Below, piece by piece: positions 12,101 through 25,446 of a DNA stretch of 64,000 nucleotides. The position numbers were made by a program, and so were the translations under genes. Under the pieces are notes generated by a model, which was not told the DNA's origin, made no database searches, and saw only the letters and a program-made list of their open reading frames with translations. The number at the start of each line of letters is the position of its first letter. Positions within the stretch are counted from its first letter, which is position 1. Source of the DNA: Eledone cirrhosa (taxonomy: Eukaryota); assembly GCA_964016885.1 (NCBI GenBank), contig OZ024746.1:68324001-68388000 (forward strand), in the 5' to 3' direction.

Positions 12101-12456
12101 GTAATAATAATAATGATGGTGATATTGATCAATGCCACAACTCAGCAGCTGTCTGAGATGGAACCACAAATGACACCCAGTCATAAAATACTGCCTTATC
12201 CAACACCTATGTCAGCCAATATGGAAAAAGGAGAACATAAAAACAATGATGATGATGATGAGTTTTGAAAGTATGTCTGTGTGTCATCAAAAGTTATTGG
12301 TGCCAGTCAGTACTATAATAATATATCCTCTTTTATTTCAAGCAACCAGTAATACAATAAAATTGATACTAGTGTTATCTGAACAAGTAAATATAAAATT
12401 TCGTTTCTGAATTTGTTTAGCAAGATTCTTTATCTGAAAACGTGTGTTGAAACCGA

Positions 12457-12816
12457 TATTGTTATACTTTGGGAGGGTCATGTTGCCAATAAGAAACACA
12501 CGCACCAGTTGCTTTCACTTCAATTTATTATAATAAATTTATAAATTTAGGAATTTATAAATTTCCGGCTGGTTGGTTGGTTCCACAACCAGATGATTGT
12601 TTATATATTGTCAAAGTTCTTTCGTCACACATTCTGTGACCTCTTCAGTGAAAGAACTTTGACAATATATAAACAATCATCTAGTTGTGGAACCAACCAA
12701 CCAGCCGGAAATTTATAAATTCCTAAATTTATAAATTTATTATAATAAATTGAAGTGAAAGCAACTGGTGCGTGTGTTTCTTATTGGCAACATGACCCTC
12801 CCAAAGTATAACAATA
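12457..12816. mobile_element. Foldback element: 167-bp inverted arms (1 mismatch) around a 26-nt spacer; Penelope-like inverted terminal repeat remnant
   Basis: Arms 12457-12623 and 12650-12816 are reverse complements. The spacer read on (-) gives CTGAAGA-stem-GAAA. Related unfolded copies at 35241-35390 and 37238-37272. Confidence 0.7.
12608..12652 (-). ncRNA. Hammerhead-ribozyme-like core (minimal type I, stem I disrupted by the inversion)
   Basis: CUGAAGA-G-GUCACA-GAAUG-UGUGAC-GAAA-GAACUU-UGAC. Confidence 0.55.
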
Positions 12817-12859
12817 AATATAAAATGATTGCTTATAATATAAATCAGTACTTTTTAAA

Positions 12860-13515
12860 ATGTGTGTGAATAAATGTATAAGTGTATATGTGTGTACGTG
12901 TATGTGTGTATGTAAGTACATATGTGTATGAGTTTGCATCTGAGTACATGTGCACGTGTTCATGAGTGTGCATAAATGTGTATGTGTATCTATTTATATG
13001 AGTTTATGAGTATGTATGTGTGTACATGTATATGTGTATGTACACATGTGTAAGAGTATGTATACATGTGTGTGTGTATTTGTACGAGTATGAGTGTGAA
13101 TGTGTGTGTATGTATACATGTGTATGAGTATGTATGTGTGTGCACATATACGTGTGTAGGACTGTTTATGCATGAGTATGTGTGTGCATGTATATTTGCA
13201 TATGAGTGTATGTGTGTATGAGTATGTGTGTGCATGTATATTTACATATGAGTGTGTATGTATGATTGTCTGTGTGTACATGTATACATGTGTGTGAGTA
13301 TGTATGTGTACATGAGTGTGTATGTGTGTGTATATTTATATGTGTGCATAAGTGTGTATGTGTGTATATGAGTATGTATGTATTTGTACATGTGCATAAT
13401 TGTGCATGTATACATTTGTATGTGTGTGTATTTATACATATGCATAAGTGTGCATGTATACATTTGTATATATGTGTATGTATATAAACATGTGCATAAG
13501 TGTGTATGTGTGTGC
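12860..13515. repeat. Degenerate (TG/TA)n microsatellite field
   Basis: Read directly; gives His/Thr/Tyr-rich spurious ORFs. Confidence 0.9.
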
Positions 13516-14249
13516 ATTCCCTATTTAAAGTGATCATCAAACCAGTTGCAACCAATTTCACACTTTAACAATACACAGTCACTCATATTTCCTCATGTAT
13601 CATTCAGAAAAAAATATAGAAAATCATTTTAAGATTAGGATTTTCTTTTGAACTTACTTCTCTTGAGGTTTTTGAAATATTTCTATTGTTTTGTCCAAAT
13701 ACTAAATCAATACAAAAATTTCCCTAGATTTATCCGAATTCAATGCAAACTGAATCTCATTTGTAAAGTAGACAACTTAGATTTATATTCTTCAAATAAA
13801 GTTTTTATAATTTCCTTTTAAGATCTAGTTCCTGTATTAATTTAGGTTTTCCTATAATTTTGGAGTTTTTAACATAGAAATTGTTTTAAGTAATCCTCAA
13901 GGAAGAACTATTTTTATTGCAGATTAATTCATTCAACTAAGCAACAATGTCAAACGTAATTAGCACACAGTAGCAGTTGTTGATATAGGATTAGTCAATG
14001 CAAATAACAAGTTTATAAGAAATATTACCCAAAATTACTTTGTATGTTCCTAAAATATGCTAACATTTCTCCTTACATTTTCACAGAGCTGTAAAAATCG
14101 AATTTTCTTAGAGCTTTAAAGATGCTGATGCAGATTCAACTTATTCATTCTTTATTCTTATTTTTATGGTTTGTTCTGTAGAAAGATTCTAAAGGAAGAG
14201 TCTGAAGGAAGATTTTGCAGCCACAGTTTAATCTAGGTTCTCTGAGATC

Positions 14250-14710
14250 TCTTAGATTGACACAATTTGTGTTTTTCTTGAACAACTCCAAGTTGATCGA
14301 TGCAGGAAAAAATTTGTGTAGGGAAAGTGTTCTTTATATCTAACATTCCAGAAATGAAAGACTAGAGAAAATGGTTACTGCAGGAACAGTTATTGTACAC
14401 AATATGGGCAACAAAAGAAGCAGATATGAAAGGAACAGAAGCTACTGTTGTAGCTATAGAAAAGAAAGGCAGAAAGTGGAGTCAACCTCTCTTTAGGCCA
14501 GAGATTGGAGTTTGTTGATGAGTGATTTCATGCCAATCAGTCAAGTGGTCATTTTTTTAAAATATGGATTAGGATGCCCAGGTATGTAACAACAATGCTG
14601 CTTTAGTTGTGGAAGCAATACATTGGAGGTCTCACCTGGGCTTGATAGTGTCAGAAACTTTTGAGGGTTGAAATATTTTCTGACTTTGAAGAGTAAAGAC
14701 AATTTTTGTG
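14250..14710 (-). mobile_element. Decayed 3' fragment of a CR1/Jockey-group LINE
   Basis: Broken minus-strand translation: SQKLSLLFKVRKYFNPQ..AQVRPPM..LINKLQSLA..IFPASINLELFKK, typical post-RT C-terminal motifs. Confidence 0.55.
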
Positions 14711-15547
14711 ATGTAGTCTTTGTTATAGATGGTTCATGAGCAAACTAAATAGTTATTAAATATGTCTGAATAAATTCAAATGTTGTTGTTGTTATCCCCA
14801 CGCTATGTCATGATTGAGAATAACCACATAGTCTCTTTCATACTTCACACCCTTATAATTAAAAGTGTGAATTTGTAATTGTTGTTGTTTAACCAAGATC
14901 AGCTATGATCAAACAGACTTATGGCCAAAAACATTCTAGCCAGAACCATCTTGTCTTTTTGGAGTTATCAAGGAATACATTATCTAATGTGCCATTTTCT
15001 AATTTAAGATGGTATGGTATGATTTCAAGGAGATTTGGCTATTATTTCTAGCAAACTGAATGACTACTCCTTAAATGGCATGTATAGGGTGAATAATTTA
15101 TAGATAGTGAGTATACATTATCTAGAATATCAAGGAATAAACAGAAATTGAAGTGGTTTATAATGATGAAAGATAATTTGATTTACAATGGCTAATGATT
15201 GAGCACATTGAAATAATGGTAATTTAGAAGAGCAACTCAAACTATATATAACTTATGATAAATGGGTGCAAAGTATAATTAATGAGAATATTCTGTTATA
15301 TTTGGATTTATTGAAAATTAAGTGTTTGTTTTCCTGTTCTTTTTAAATCAGATATTTATCTTTTCTATGAAAATAGGGAAAGTTATAATGCATATCTGAA
15401 GATTATATATATTTTTTAGAAAATAAATTAAAAGAATAATGAACATCCCTTTTAGAGCACTTACTTCAAATATATTGCAATTACAGCTCAACTTTCAATC
15501 ATGTTGATTTCATTCTGTAGCTAACACTTTATATATATATATATATA

Positions 15548-15880
15548 AAAGCGCCTAGCCAACACTGTAAAGTGGTCGTATTGGCAATATGGCAAAATGC
15601 ACCCAGGCCACAGTGTAAAGTGGTCGTGTAGGCACCACAGCAAAAAGCACCCAGTTCACACTGTAAAATGGTCATGTAGGTGTCACAGCAAAAAGCACCC
15701 AGTCCACACTGTAGATGAGGTTGGCACTAGGAAAGGCATTCAGCTGTAGAAACCAAGCCAGAATCAGCTCTGTATGAGAAAGACATGGTCACCTGACCTT
15801 GCATTGCTCACAACAGGATAACTCGTCTAACCCATACAAGCATGGAAAAATGGACTTTAAACAGTGATGATGATGATGAT
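15548..15880 (+). mobile_element. RTE-tail-type short retroposon (family C) with about four tandem 48-bp 5' subrepeats and a (GAT)n tail
   Basis: AGGAAxGGCATxCAGCTGTAGAAACC...CGTCTAACCCAT.CAAGCATGGAAAAATGGAC.TTAAA..(GAT)n, matching the RTE 3' UTR at 19271-19460. Other copies at about 17090-17290(-), 21760-21945, 32000-32165, 46370-46520(-), 54370-54535. Confidence 0.7.
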
Positions 15881-16699
15881 ATATACATGAATTTATTAGC
15901 TGCTTTTGTTACTGATAATGTTGTTAATATTGCTGCTGTCAGAGAGGAGAAGGAAAAGATGATAATGATGATTATGAGGACAGAAGATGTCAGACTACTA
16001 AATCAATGCAAAAAAATAAACAAATGAGCAACTGTCAGTTTTCATCCACAAAATTTCACTTAGAAAGTTTGGGCTGACCTAAGGCTATGGTAAAAGAAAA
16101 GTTGCCTATCAACAAATTCACAAATACAGTCATGCAGTGAGATCAAAACCAGAACTTCATGAGTGTGAAGCAAATTTCTTAACCATTTAGTTATTTTATA
16201 TCCATAAATCTAAAGTGTAGCAATATTTATTTTCATTCCTTGATTTTTTTCCAAGATTAAATGTCATTAGGATTGTTGTTATTTCATCAATGAAATAAGT
16301 ACCTGTTATATACTGAGGTAAAAACTCAGTAAACTATTTTTTTATCATCTCAAACTGAATTTTTTAATGGTGAATGCATAACACCTTAACAAAGAGCCTT
16401 TATGTTCTGTTTTCAAATCATAGCTCCACTTTGCTCTTCATTGTCCCAAGATCAATATTAGCCATACTTTAGAAAGTGGTGCCTTAGCATGGCTACAGTA
16501 AAATGATAGCAGAGGAACACAACCATGTAAAGTTACATGCTGTACCTTTATAAGAGAACTTACTAATGTATTAATAAAGAAATAATGGTCAGATATTTAA
16601 GTATCAACAGCAACATAGTACTGATAAATGTGTCCGAACACTCAAGAGCCAAACTCCCACTCTCATCACTACCATCTCTTGCCCTTCCCATCTCTCTGT

Positions 16700-16950
16700 A
16701 TTATGAGCAAATGGGGTCCCATGTGCTTGCCACCCCACAGCCCCGGCAAACAGAATGGAAAAGACATTTCCCCAGAGGATAGTAAGGGAGATGCGCTGGA
16801 AGAGCAATTCCATCTTGCAAGGCTCACACCTGTGGCTAGCCAGCTCAGCACCTATGGTGGTAAATAGGGAGGTAGCCTTAGGGCCAAGGACACCAGAAGT
16901 CTTCACTGCTAGGGGCACGACCGCAAACCTGTCGGAAAGCAAACTTTAAT
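16700..16950 (-). mobile_element. Second CRE-like 3' fragment
   Basis: FAVVPLAVKTSGVLGPKA...LFQRISLTILWGNVFSIL; similar to 9560-9800. Confidence 0.65.
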
Positions 16951-19270
16951 ACTAACCATTGATTGACTGTCAAGTAAATTAATAACAAGCAACAGCAAGA
17001 GCTGGTACTGCCACCTCAGCCACTATCACCACCTCCATCACCAACAACACCACCACCACCACCACCACCACACCATCACCACTAACACCATCATCTTATG
17101 TCTGTTTTCTATGCTAGCTGGAGTTGGATGGTTCTTTATGGCCTGAGTCAGTTTTTATTCAGAGTTATTACCCTCCTAGACAAATCAGAGGACCACATCC
17201 TGCTCATACATTTCTTTCTGGCTTGATTTCTTTGGCTGGCTACCCTTACTAATACCAACCACTTTAACAAGTGTACCAATGTACTTTTATACACACACAC
17301 ATAAACACTAGAAATATTATTGTCCTATATCAACTTTAAAAACTAATGTTTTTAAGTGAAGAAAAAATAGTAAAATATATTGCTCCTTTATAGTATTTTA
17401 AAGTGTTATAAGGAACTGAACCCAGTTTGTAAACTTTGTTCAGCCAGATATTATATACTACCACTATAAAAAATAACTTTAACAGAAAATATGAAGGAAC
17501 AGTATCTGTTAAAAGCCATTGGCAACGTATATAATTTTAAACTTATTAGGATTCATGTACTACAAAATTCTGATTTTTTCATAGAGTTCACAGAAAATCA
17601 ATAACTTAACTTTTGAAATGGTTTCTTCAGTAATGCAAGCAAAACTTATGTAAGACACTTTAATAATATTAGAAGAACAATCTAATATTGAGGTCTAATT
17701 CACGTCAAAAAATTTCATTTTTTGGTTTCTTTTAATGGAAGACAAACTTAGAAACTATTTTCTAACCATGTACAAGAAAGTGAAGAGTATTCTTAAAAGA
17801 CATTCTCATTAATTCTGTTATAAAATAAGATAATCTTTTAATGAGAAAAATGTCTGAATGAGAAAATTAAGAAGTTTATCAGGAAATTGATTATATTTTT
17901 ATTATATTCTGAGGTGTTAAGAGATACATACAAAAAGTATAGCTTCAATAGGAATAGAGAATCAGATCTGAATAGTAAGATTGAAAGCAGATGTCTGATG
18001 ATGTTGACTTTGTCCAGAGCTGGTACTTATTTCTCATCAAAGACAGATTGTTGAAATAATATAACTTCAAATCAAACAACATAGAAGTGGAACTTCAATG
18101 GATTAAAGTAAATATAAGATATAAAGTGGTTACTTACAAACTGGACACATTTATACTATTCATGCAGAAGTTTCTTTAAAATATTTTATATATGTATTTG
18201 AATAGCAAGACTTTAGTTAATTGCATTATTGTTTAGTTCTAAGTCAGTCCTAATCCAGCAAACCTCTTTCCATCCATAGCAATCCCATCTATTTTCAGAC
18301 ATAAAAGGTAACTTATCCATTCAATAAATAAATATCAATAATGTAAATAGCAGATCAATAAAATAAGTACATATTCCTTAATCTTAATTTTGTACTAACA
18401 GATATCAATGTATTACCTACTGTTACAATATCTGGATACAAATATTTAAACTAGATAATATCACATTATATAGAACAAAATACTTCTATTTTATTACTAT
18501 ATTATATCAGAATTTGTAAATAACGCTATCATTGGATACGGGATTCCAATGGACCAATCAGTGAGTGGTTGACTGTATTTCTAAAGAATACACCAGTTTA
18601 GAATGCATACCACAAGTGACTTTATTCAAAAAGCAGTTTTACTTTTTTCTTTCCTTTTTTTGGAGGTGGGGGCGACTGGGTCCTGTTCAGGGTGAGGGAG
18701 AGTTTTGTACTCTCAGTTGCTTCATACCATGGAAACCAGGATAAGAACTGGCCTGATGAGTCTCCACACTCGAGCGAGGCATTAGACAATGTAGAAAAAA
18801 AATATACACAAACATGCGCCTCATAAAGGAAAAGGAGATGATAAAGTGCCATGACAGTACTATGTTGGAGAGGATCTGCTCAATCTATGCAAATATAGAA
18901 AAATGGATGAAAAATAATAACTCGATGATGATATTGGAGTCTCATCCAAACATCAAGTTCATATTAAGTTTCCATATACTGTTCTCCTCCACCTCTTATT
19001 ACTCTCTTATCTATTACTAATCCTTTTTTCTGTTAATGTACCTCTATACTGTAGTTCTATTTCTCTCTCATGTTACATCTCTAACAAGGGACAGCATCAC
19101 ATTGCATTTGACCACATTCAATCCTTCCCTTATATACATCCCTTCTTTATTGCTGACTATCTCCACCCCTGTTTCTCTATCTATCTTCCCTCATCCTGCC
19201 TTGGATGACTGCACAAACCTTAGAAACAATAAATAAGTTAGCTACTCTGTTTGCTGAGAAATGTAGATAT

Positions 19271-20275
19271 CATCATCATCTTTATCATCATTTAACGTCC
19301 ATTTTCCACGCTAGCATGGGTCTAGACGGGAATTGTCCCACTTGAGGCAAGATTGGTTGTCTTGCTCAGAACTGTCTGGCGGGTTTTCTACGACTGGATG
19401 CCCTTCCTAACACCAACCACATTTACAGTGTGGACTGGGAGGTTTTTACCGTGTTACCTACACAGTCACATTACAGCGAGGATTTTGTCGTGACATCTAC
19501 ACAACCTCGTTTATTTAGGACTGCCTGTTGTGGTACCAACATAGCTTTACATCGAAAGGGGTGGTGTAGATGCCGGTGGGGGTAGGGTTAGTGGGACGGG
19601 GGTGTATTTTGGTTAAGAGGTGCCTACTGACTGTAGGTTTCGCTTTGTACTTAGGCAAGGCGGGTCTTCTGTATTACTACATAGCGCCAAAGATCTCAGT
19701 CCAGTGACATTGTCTTGGAGAGGTGTAAGTGTGTGAGGTCGGATTTTATCAAGTCATCCCAGGTTTTTCTGGGTCTGCCTACTCCGTAGCTACCGTCTAT
19801 TTTGATCGCCCTGCACTTTTTTATACAGCTGTCATCTTTCATGCGCATCACGTGACCATACCAACGTAGTCTTCTCTCGAGTAAACAGCATCTGATCCCT
19901 CTTATTCCTAATTTCTCACTTAGTTCATTTATGCTTTACCGTTCACGTATATTACTATTACACATCCAATGGAGCATGCAAGCTTCGTTCCTCTCCAGTC
20001 TGCGTAGATCCTCTGCACACAAAGCCCATGTCTCACTGCCATGTAACATCGCTGTTCATATGCAGGCATCATACAGCCTGCCTTTTATTTTTAGAGAGAA
20101 ACCTTTAGCGGCCAATAGTGGTATAAGCTCTCTGAACTTTTTCCATCCCATTCGGACTCTGGCTACTGTACTTTCAGAGCACCCTCCACCACTGCTGATT
20201 TTGTCACCCAGGTAACGGAAGGTGTCCACTATTTCTATAGAACCATGACAATGGAATGAGCTAGTATTCTGTGGA
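19271..20275 (-). mobile_element. RTE-clade LINE 3' fragment with (GAT)n tail
   Basis: [62 protein letters not shown], followed by 3' UTR. Confidence 0.88.
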
Positions 20276-20531
20276 CATATCCATGCTAATAAAACACAGC
20301 ATTACAGTAAGTCATAAGAAATGTTTTGATATGACTAAATCTATTGTTGATATTATTCAATTCACCATGTAAAAGAAGTCAATGAAGAATGAATAAACAA
20401 CCAGAAATGAACTGCTTATTACTTGCTATTTTGTTGTACATAAGATTACCTTTGCAACTATTGATCTTCATCTGAATATAGGCAAGAGAAAATGGAATAG
20501 CTTCCCATGTAAAAATGTAAGACACAAACAC

Positions 20532-20720
20532 TTTCGAAGTTCTTAGAAAATATAAAAATCCCAAATCCAGAAAATAACTGTAACCTCAGTCAATTGCTAT
20601 AAATAATAGCTTAGAAAATTGGTATTTTTTCCGGTTTTCTAAACTTTTATTTATATCAATCAACTGTAGTTACAGTCATTTTCTGCATTTGGGATTTATA
20701 CATTTTCTAAGAATTTCAAA
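20532..20720. repeat. About 190-bp imperfect palindrome (foldback MITE-like)
   Basis: TTCTTAGAAAAT..AATCCCAAAT.CAGAAAAT.ACTGTAAC mirrored by GTTACAGT.ATTTTCTG.ATTTGGGATT..ATTTTCTAAGAA. Confidence 0.7.
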
Positions 20721-21134
20721 CTTACCCAATGCTCCAATATTTTCAGAATATTGTTTATAAACATTTGTATTGCAATTAAGAAAAGTACAGACATTTCAGT
20801 CACCTAAATTTTAGCTATAGCTGTGAGATACCTTGATTTGAATTAGACTATGCTGTAACATGCTGTTAGAGTAGATGTTGAAAATGGTACAGCTATTTGT
20901 CTTTACTCTGCTGTCAAATCTTTATTACAAGAAAGAAATATTCCTTTAGAAAATACTATTGGATTCACAAAGATGAATTATTCCCCCATAATGAACTCCG
21001 AAAGTTGTTTCCAGAAATTATTGAAAGATGATGTGTCTTCTATTTTTATTATTGGAAGCATCTGTCATTCTTTCACACATTGCACTAGAAGCTTTCTTAA
21101 AAGATTTAACATCTTACTTTCTTCACATTATCAA

Positions 21135-21425
21135 GAGGAGGAGGTATGTAGCCTAGTGGTAAGGGTGTTGGACTAATGATCATAGTGTTATGGGTTCGAT
21201 TTCTGGACTGTGTTATGTGTTGTATTCTCCACTTCATTTCATGCTGCTCCAGTATACTAAGCTGAAGATGAGTACCAGCAATAGCTGGGGGTTTAACCCT
21301 GCTGTGAACTGGGTCTTGTTCAGGGTGTAGGGGAAGTTTTGGACTCTCAGTTGCTTCACACCATGGAAATGGGAGAAGCACTGGCTTGATGAGCCTCCAA
21401 ACCTAAGAGAGACATTTGACAATGT
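21135..21425 (+). mobile_element. tRNA-derived SINE family B (CORE-like middle)
   Basis: A-box-like TAGCCTAGTGG, B-box-like GGTTCGATTTC, then ACTTCATTTCA..GCTCCAG..CAGCTGAA.ATGAGTACC. Other copies at about 10970-11085, 18655-18790, 26700-26815(-), 30810-30870(-), 34680-34790(-), 43555-43780, 46560-46700(-). Confidence 0.72.
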
Positions 21426-21980
21426 CAAGAGACAATACGATTTATACTTATTCAGGAAGTTGTTGCAGGAACTTGCTCAAAGATGGCTTTCCTGAGAAAC
21501 ACTAGACTGATTTTAAGCTTTATTTCTTTATTTCCAAATGAATCAAAAGTTGATAAATTTGATGGTGCCAGGAGAATTTATGACATATTCAGCAATTTCA
21601 GAACTAATAATGTGATACAGGAATTGGATCTACTGAATATTGAATTCCAATCTGAGTAATTCAGGTTGGATCTTCTGTATTTAATGATATTATCAGAATA
21701 GAAAAATTATATAACTTCTTTTTATAAAATATAAATTTGGTGCCACAATAAAAATCACCCAGCTTACACTGTAAAGTAGTTAGTGTTAGGAAGGACATCC
21801 AGCAATAGAAACAAAGCCCAAATACATATCTATATGAGCAAGATGTAATCTCCTGGCCTAACTTGTCTCATAATGTGACAACCCGTCTAACCCATGCAAG
21901 TGTGGAAAATGGACGTTGAACGAAGATGATGATGACGATGATGGCATTAAATTATCAGAAATTGATCTAAGCAATGAAAG

Positions 21981-22175
21981 TAATTATTGTTTTTACTTTT
22001 GGCACAATGCCAGCAATTATTCCAGGGCATTACTGGTGCTTTATTTTATCGACCTTGTAAGGATGAAAGGAAAAGTTAACCTCGACGTGATTTGAACTCA
22101 GACCATAAAGGGCCGTAACTCTATGCTACAAAGCATGGCATCCGATCCTCTACCAATACTACCAATCCACCGCCT
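21981..22175 (-). mobile_element. Full-length tRNA-derived SINE family A with 13-bp TSD
   Basis: A box TGGTAGTATTGG, B box GAGTTCAAATC, (ATT) tail; ATGAAAGTAATTA at 21974-21986 and 22178-22190. Confidence 0.85.
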
Positions 22176-22837
22176 TTATGAAAGTAATTATAAAAATCAT
22201 TGATGTTGTTTAATTTGGGCGAAAAGCAGCTGCATATTTAATTAATGAACATATTGATGGAAATTAGTGTTGAAAACTTTAAGACTGATAGTTGGAAATT
22301 CTGAGGTTTCTTTTCAGTAAAGAAGATTTTATAGCTAAGTTATAAGTATTCAGAGTAGGTAAGTTATCATACCTCATTTGTTTAACATTATTAGTTGTTA
22401 ATTTCCTATCTATTTTGCCAGAAAGCAGATAAAATGATCTCCATGATCAATGGATGCATTGATGTTTACCAAACGATAGTTAACTGATCTCTATAGAAAA
22501 TATTTACTTGTTATTCAATTTTAACCACCTTCTTACATTCGTAAGCGTGTGTTGAAAGAATAGTTTCACTGATGAATTACATCAAATCAAGCAACACTAA
22601 TTCTTTATTTCAGAGCCTATTAAAGATAGATGAGTTGTAAACCAATTTATTATTAGAAATTATATGGAATACACTATTTGGGTGATTGAGAAAGAATTAA
22701 TCAAAGACTTGAAAGAAGGCAGGAGTTATAAGCAAAGTAATGGAGTCCAAGTTTGTTAACCTTCTTGCAGTGAGCCATGAAAATCTCTGATCTCAATCAG
22801 TGATCTTAATCAGGTGATAACAACCCGAGACCAACTG

Positions 22838-23078
22838 GAGGAGGAGGAGGAGGAAGAGGAAGAGGAGGAAGAGGAAGAGGAAGAGGAGGAAGAGGAAGAG
22901 GAAGAGGAGGAGGGGGAGGGGGAGGAGGAGGATGAAGGAGGAGGAGGATGATGAAGGAGGAGGAGGAGGAGGATGAGGATGGAGGAGGAGGAGGAGGATG
23001 AGGATGGAGGAGGAGGAGGAGGAGGAGGAGGATGGAGGAGGATGAAGGAGGAGGAGGAGGAGGAGGAGGAGGAGGAGG
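22838..23078. repeat. (GAG/GAA/GAT)n purine-rich microsatellite
   Basis: Read directly from the sequence. Confidence 0.95.
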
Positions 23079-23199
23079 TAGTTGGAAAATGTTTTTAAAA
23101 TAACAAACTGTTTACGCTTACACGAGGAACTAAAGAAAAGAGAATAATTATTGTGACATGCATATAAAAGAAAGTAAAATACAGGTATTATGATAATCT

Positions 23200-23822
23200 A
23201 AGAGTGGAGGGTTGGCAAAATTGGTAGAGCATCAGAAGAAATGTTTTATAGCATTTGTTCCCCCTCTTTACAATCTGAGTTCAAATTTAGCTTTCATCCT
23301 TCTGGGATCAATAAAATAAAGTACCAGTCAAATACTGGGCTTGATATAATTGACTTCCCCTCCCCACAAATTGTAGATTTTGTGGTTAGATTAGAAATCA
23401 TTATTATAATAAAAAATTCGGTGGATTGGCAGTATCGGTAGAGGGTCGGACGCCATGCTTTGACGCAAAGAATTACAGCCCTTTCTATTCTGAGTTCGAA
23501 TCCCGCCGAGGTTAACTTTGCCTTTTATCCTTACTGGGTCGATAAAATAAAGTACCAGTAATGCACTGGTGAATTGCTGGCCTCGTGCCAAAAAGTAGAA
23601 ACAATTATTATAAGCAATGTAAGGGTGGTGGATTGCCAGTATCAGTAGAGCTTTGCGTCATAGAGTTACGACCCTTTACGTTCTGAGTTCAAATCTCACC
23701 GAGGTTAGCTTTGCCTTTCATCCTTATGGGATCGATAAAATAAAGTACCAGTCATGCACTGGGGTCGATTTAATTGATTTTCCCCTCCCCTAAAATTGCT
23801 GGCCTTGTGCCTAAATCAGAAT
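23200..23822 (+). mobile_element. Three head-to-tail SINE family A (and subfamily) copies
   Basis: About 23200-23410, 23419-23610 and 23622-23822, each with GAGTTC(A/G)AAT and GCCTTT.ATCCTT..GGG.TC.ATAAAATAAAGTACCAG. Confidence 0.82.
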
Positions 23823-25076
23823 ATAAACTTAAGTTGTTTTTTTTTGTATTATTTATTCCTTTATTATTATTATTATCATTTTTTATTTTGTTCGCCTGAT
23901 CAGGGGATTAAAATCTCACTAGCAGCCTTAGTTCTTGGTTAGTATTTAGTTGACATGATATGCAATGTCTGTTTTTCCTGTTCTTTGTCTATAATAGAAA
24001 TTCCTTCCAAAAGTTCCATATAATTTCTATACAAAATCCATGTGTTACTATTCATGAATTTGTTGTTGCTTTTGTTCTTTTTATTGGGTCTTTCTGATGT
24101 CCTCCTGTTTTGAACTTAGTGATCAATGTAGCATATCAAATAGAAAGGCAGAAGGAGGGGCAGGATTAATAGTCTCGGAAACACAAACTAGTCAAGCAAG
24201 AACTAAATTCAAATGTATACATGTGTGTTTACGATGTTCAAATTGAATTAGTTTTGTTTTTATTTGCTTGTGTTTTTATCAATTCATTTTATTATTTCAT
24301 TTCATCTGTTGGTGCAGACAATTGGTGTTAAAGTCAGTGAGGTACAGCCACACACTCAACCTTTTTGTAAAATTAACGAATTAGTGATTATGGCTTTTTG
24401 TAATCCACGAATTATAGGCTGATTAAGAATTCTACTCAAATAGTTGTCCAGAATTTTTCTTTTTGTTATTTCTATGCATGAAAATAATCAATAACATGGT
24501 ATCTGAAGTGGTTTGGCAGCATAGAATAAAGTTTGAATTCAGTGGATGTAATCAATATTATCTGTTCTGAGATTCTTCGATAGTATGGTATACATTCTGA
24601 TTTTTATTTTATGCAACATCAGTTGTTGAGTAGATTAAGCACACACACGCACAAAGACACAAACATATACAGGCCTATAGACATGCACTCAGATTTGGTA
24701 ATTGAATGAATGCAAGTTTAGGGATAAGGAAATATATTATCATTCCAAGCATAAGGAATCTAATATTTATCTCCCTACTCAGAAAGCTCTGGAGGTTTAA
24801 TACATATGAGCTTTATTGGTTTACTGGTACCAATAATACCACTATTAATCCTTTGCCTCTATTTTTATATATATTACCAGCATTTACTCGAGAATACAGT
24901 GTGTATTAAAGATGGTTTCTTATAAAAGAATTCTACTGTGAAATTAATATTGTTATTTTCCTTCATGTAAATCTTCCTAAACACTTACACTACAATTTGT
25001 TTAGCTGAGTTGATAACCTTAGTTACGTTTTAGTCCTAAAATGTGTGTTCTAACATATTATTCATTCTGAAATCTT

Positions 25077-25427
25077 GTAACCCTTTTGATACGAACCCAC
25101 CAAAAACTGCTTCTGGTCCTATGAAGCAGAACCACTCATTTTAAAGGGGTACTATGTAAATTAAACCCTTCCAACATAACTTGATATAAGAACCTTTTAT
25201 TAAATCCTGTTACAAATACTATTGTAATAATTTCTGACTTAGGCACAAGGCCAACAATTTTTGGGGGAGGGGAAGTCAATTAAATCAATCCCCAGTACAT
25301 TACTGGTGCTTTATTTATTAGTCCTGTAAGGGTGAAAAGCAAAGCTATTGTAATAATGAAATAATAATTTTGTAAATCCCTTCAAATACAGTATATTTCA
25401 TGAGAAATACAGTAATGAAATGGTTAA
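25077..25427. mobile_element. Decayed piggyBac-type MITE with a nested SINE A fragment (about 25225-25350, -)
   Basis: Ends GTAACCCTTTTGATAC ... GTAATGAAATGGTTAA resemble degenerate TTAA-CCC termini. Confidence 0.4.
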
Positions 25428-25446
25428 GACATTGAACTCACCAGCC

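Noticed and set aside
23419-23510. SINE heads as tRNA genes
   Set aside because: A and B boxes are present but there is no cloverleaf, and each continues into the SINE body and tail.
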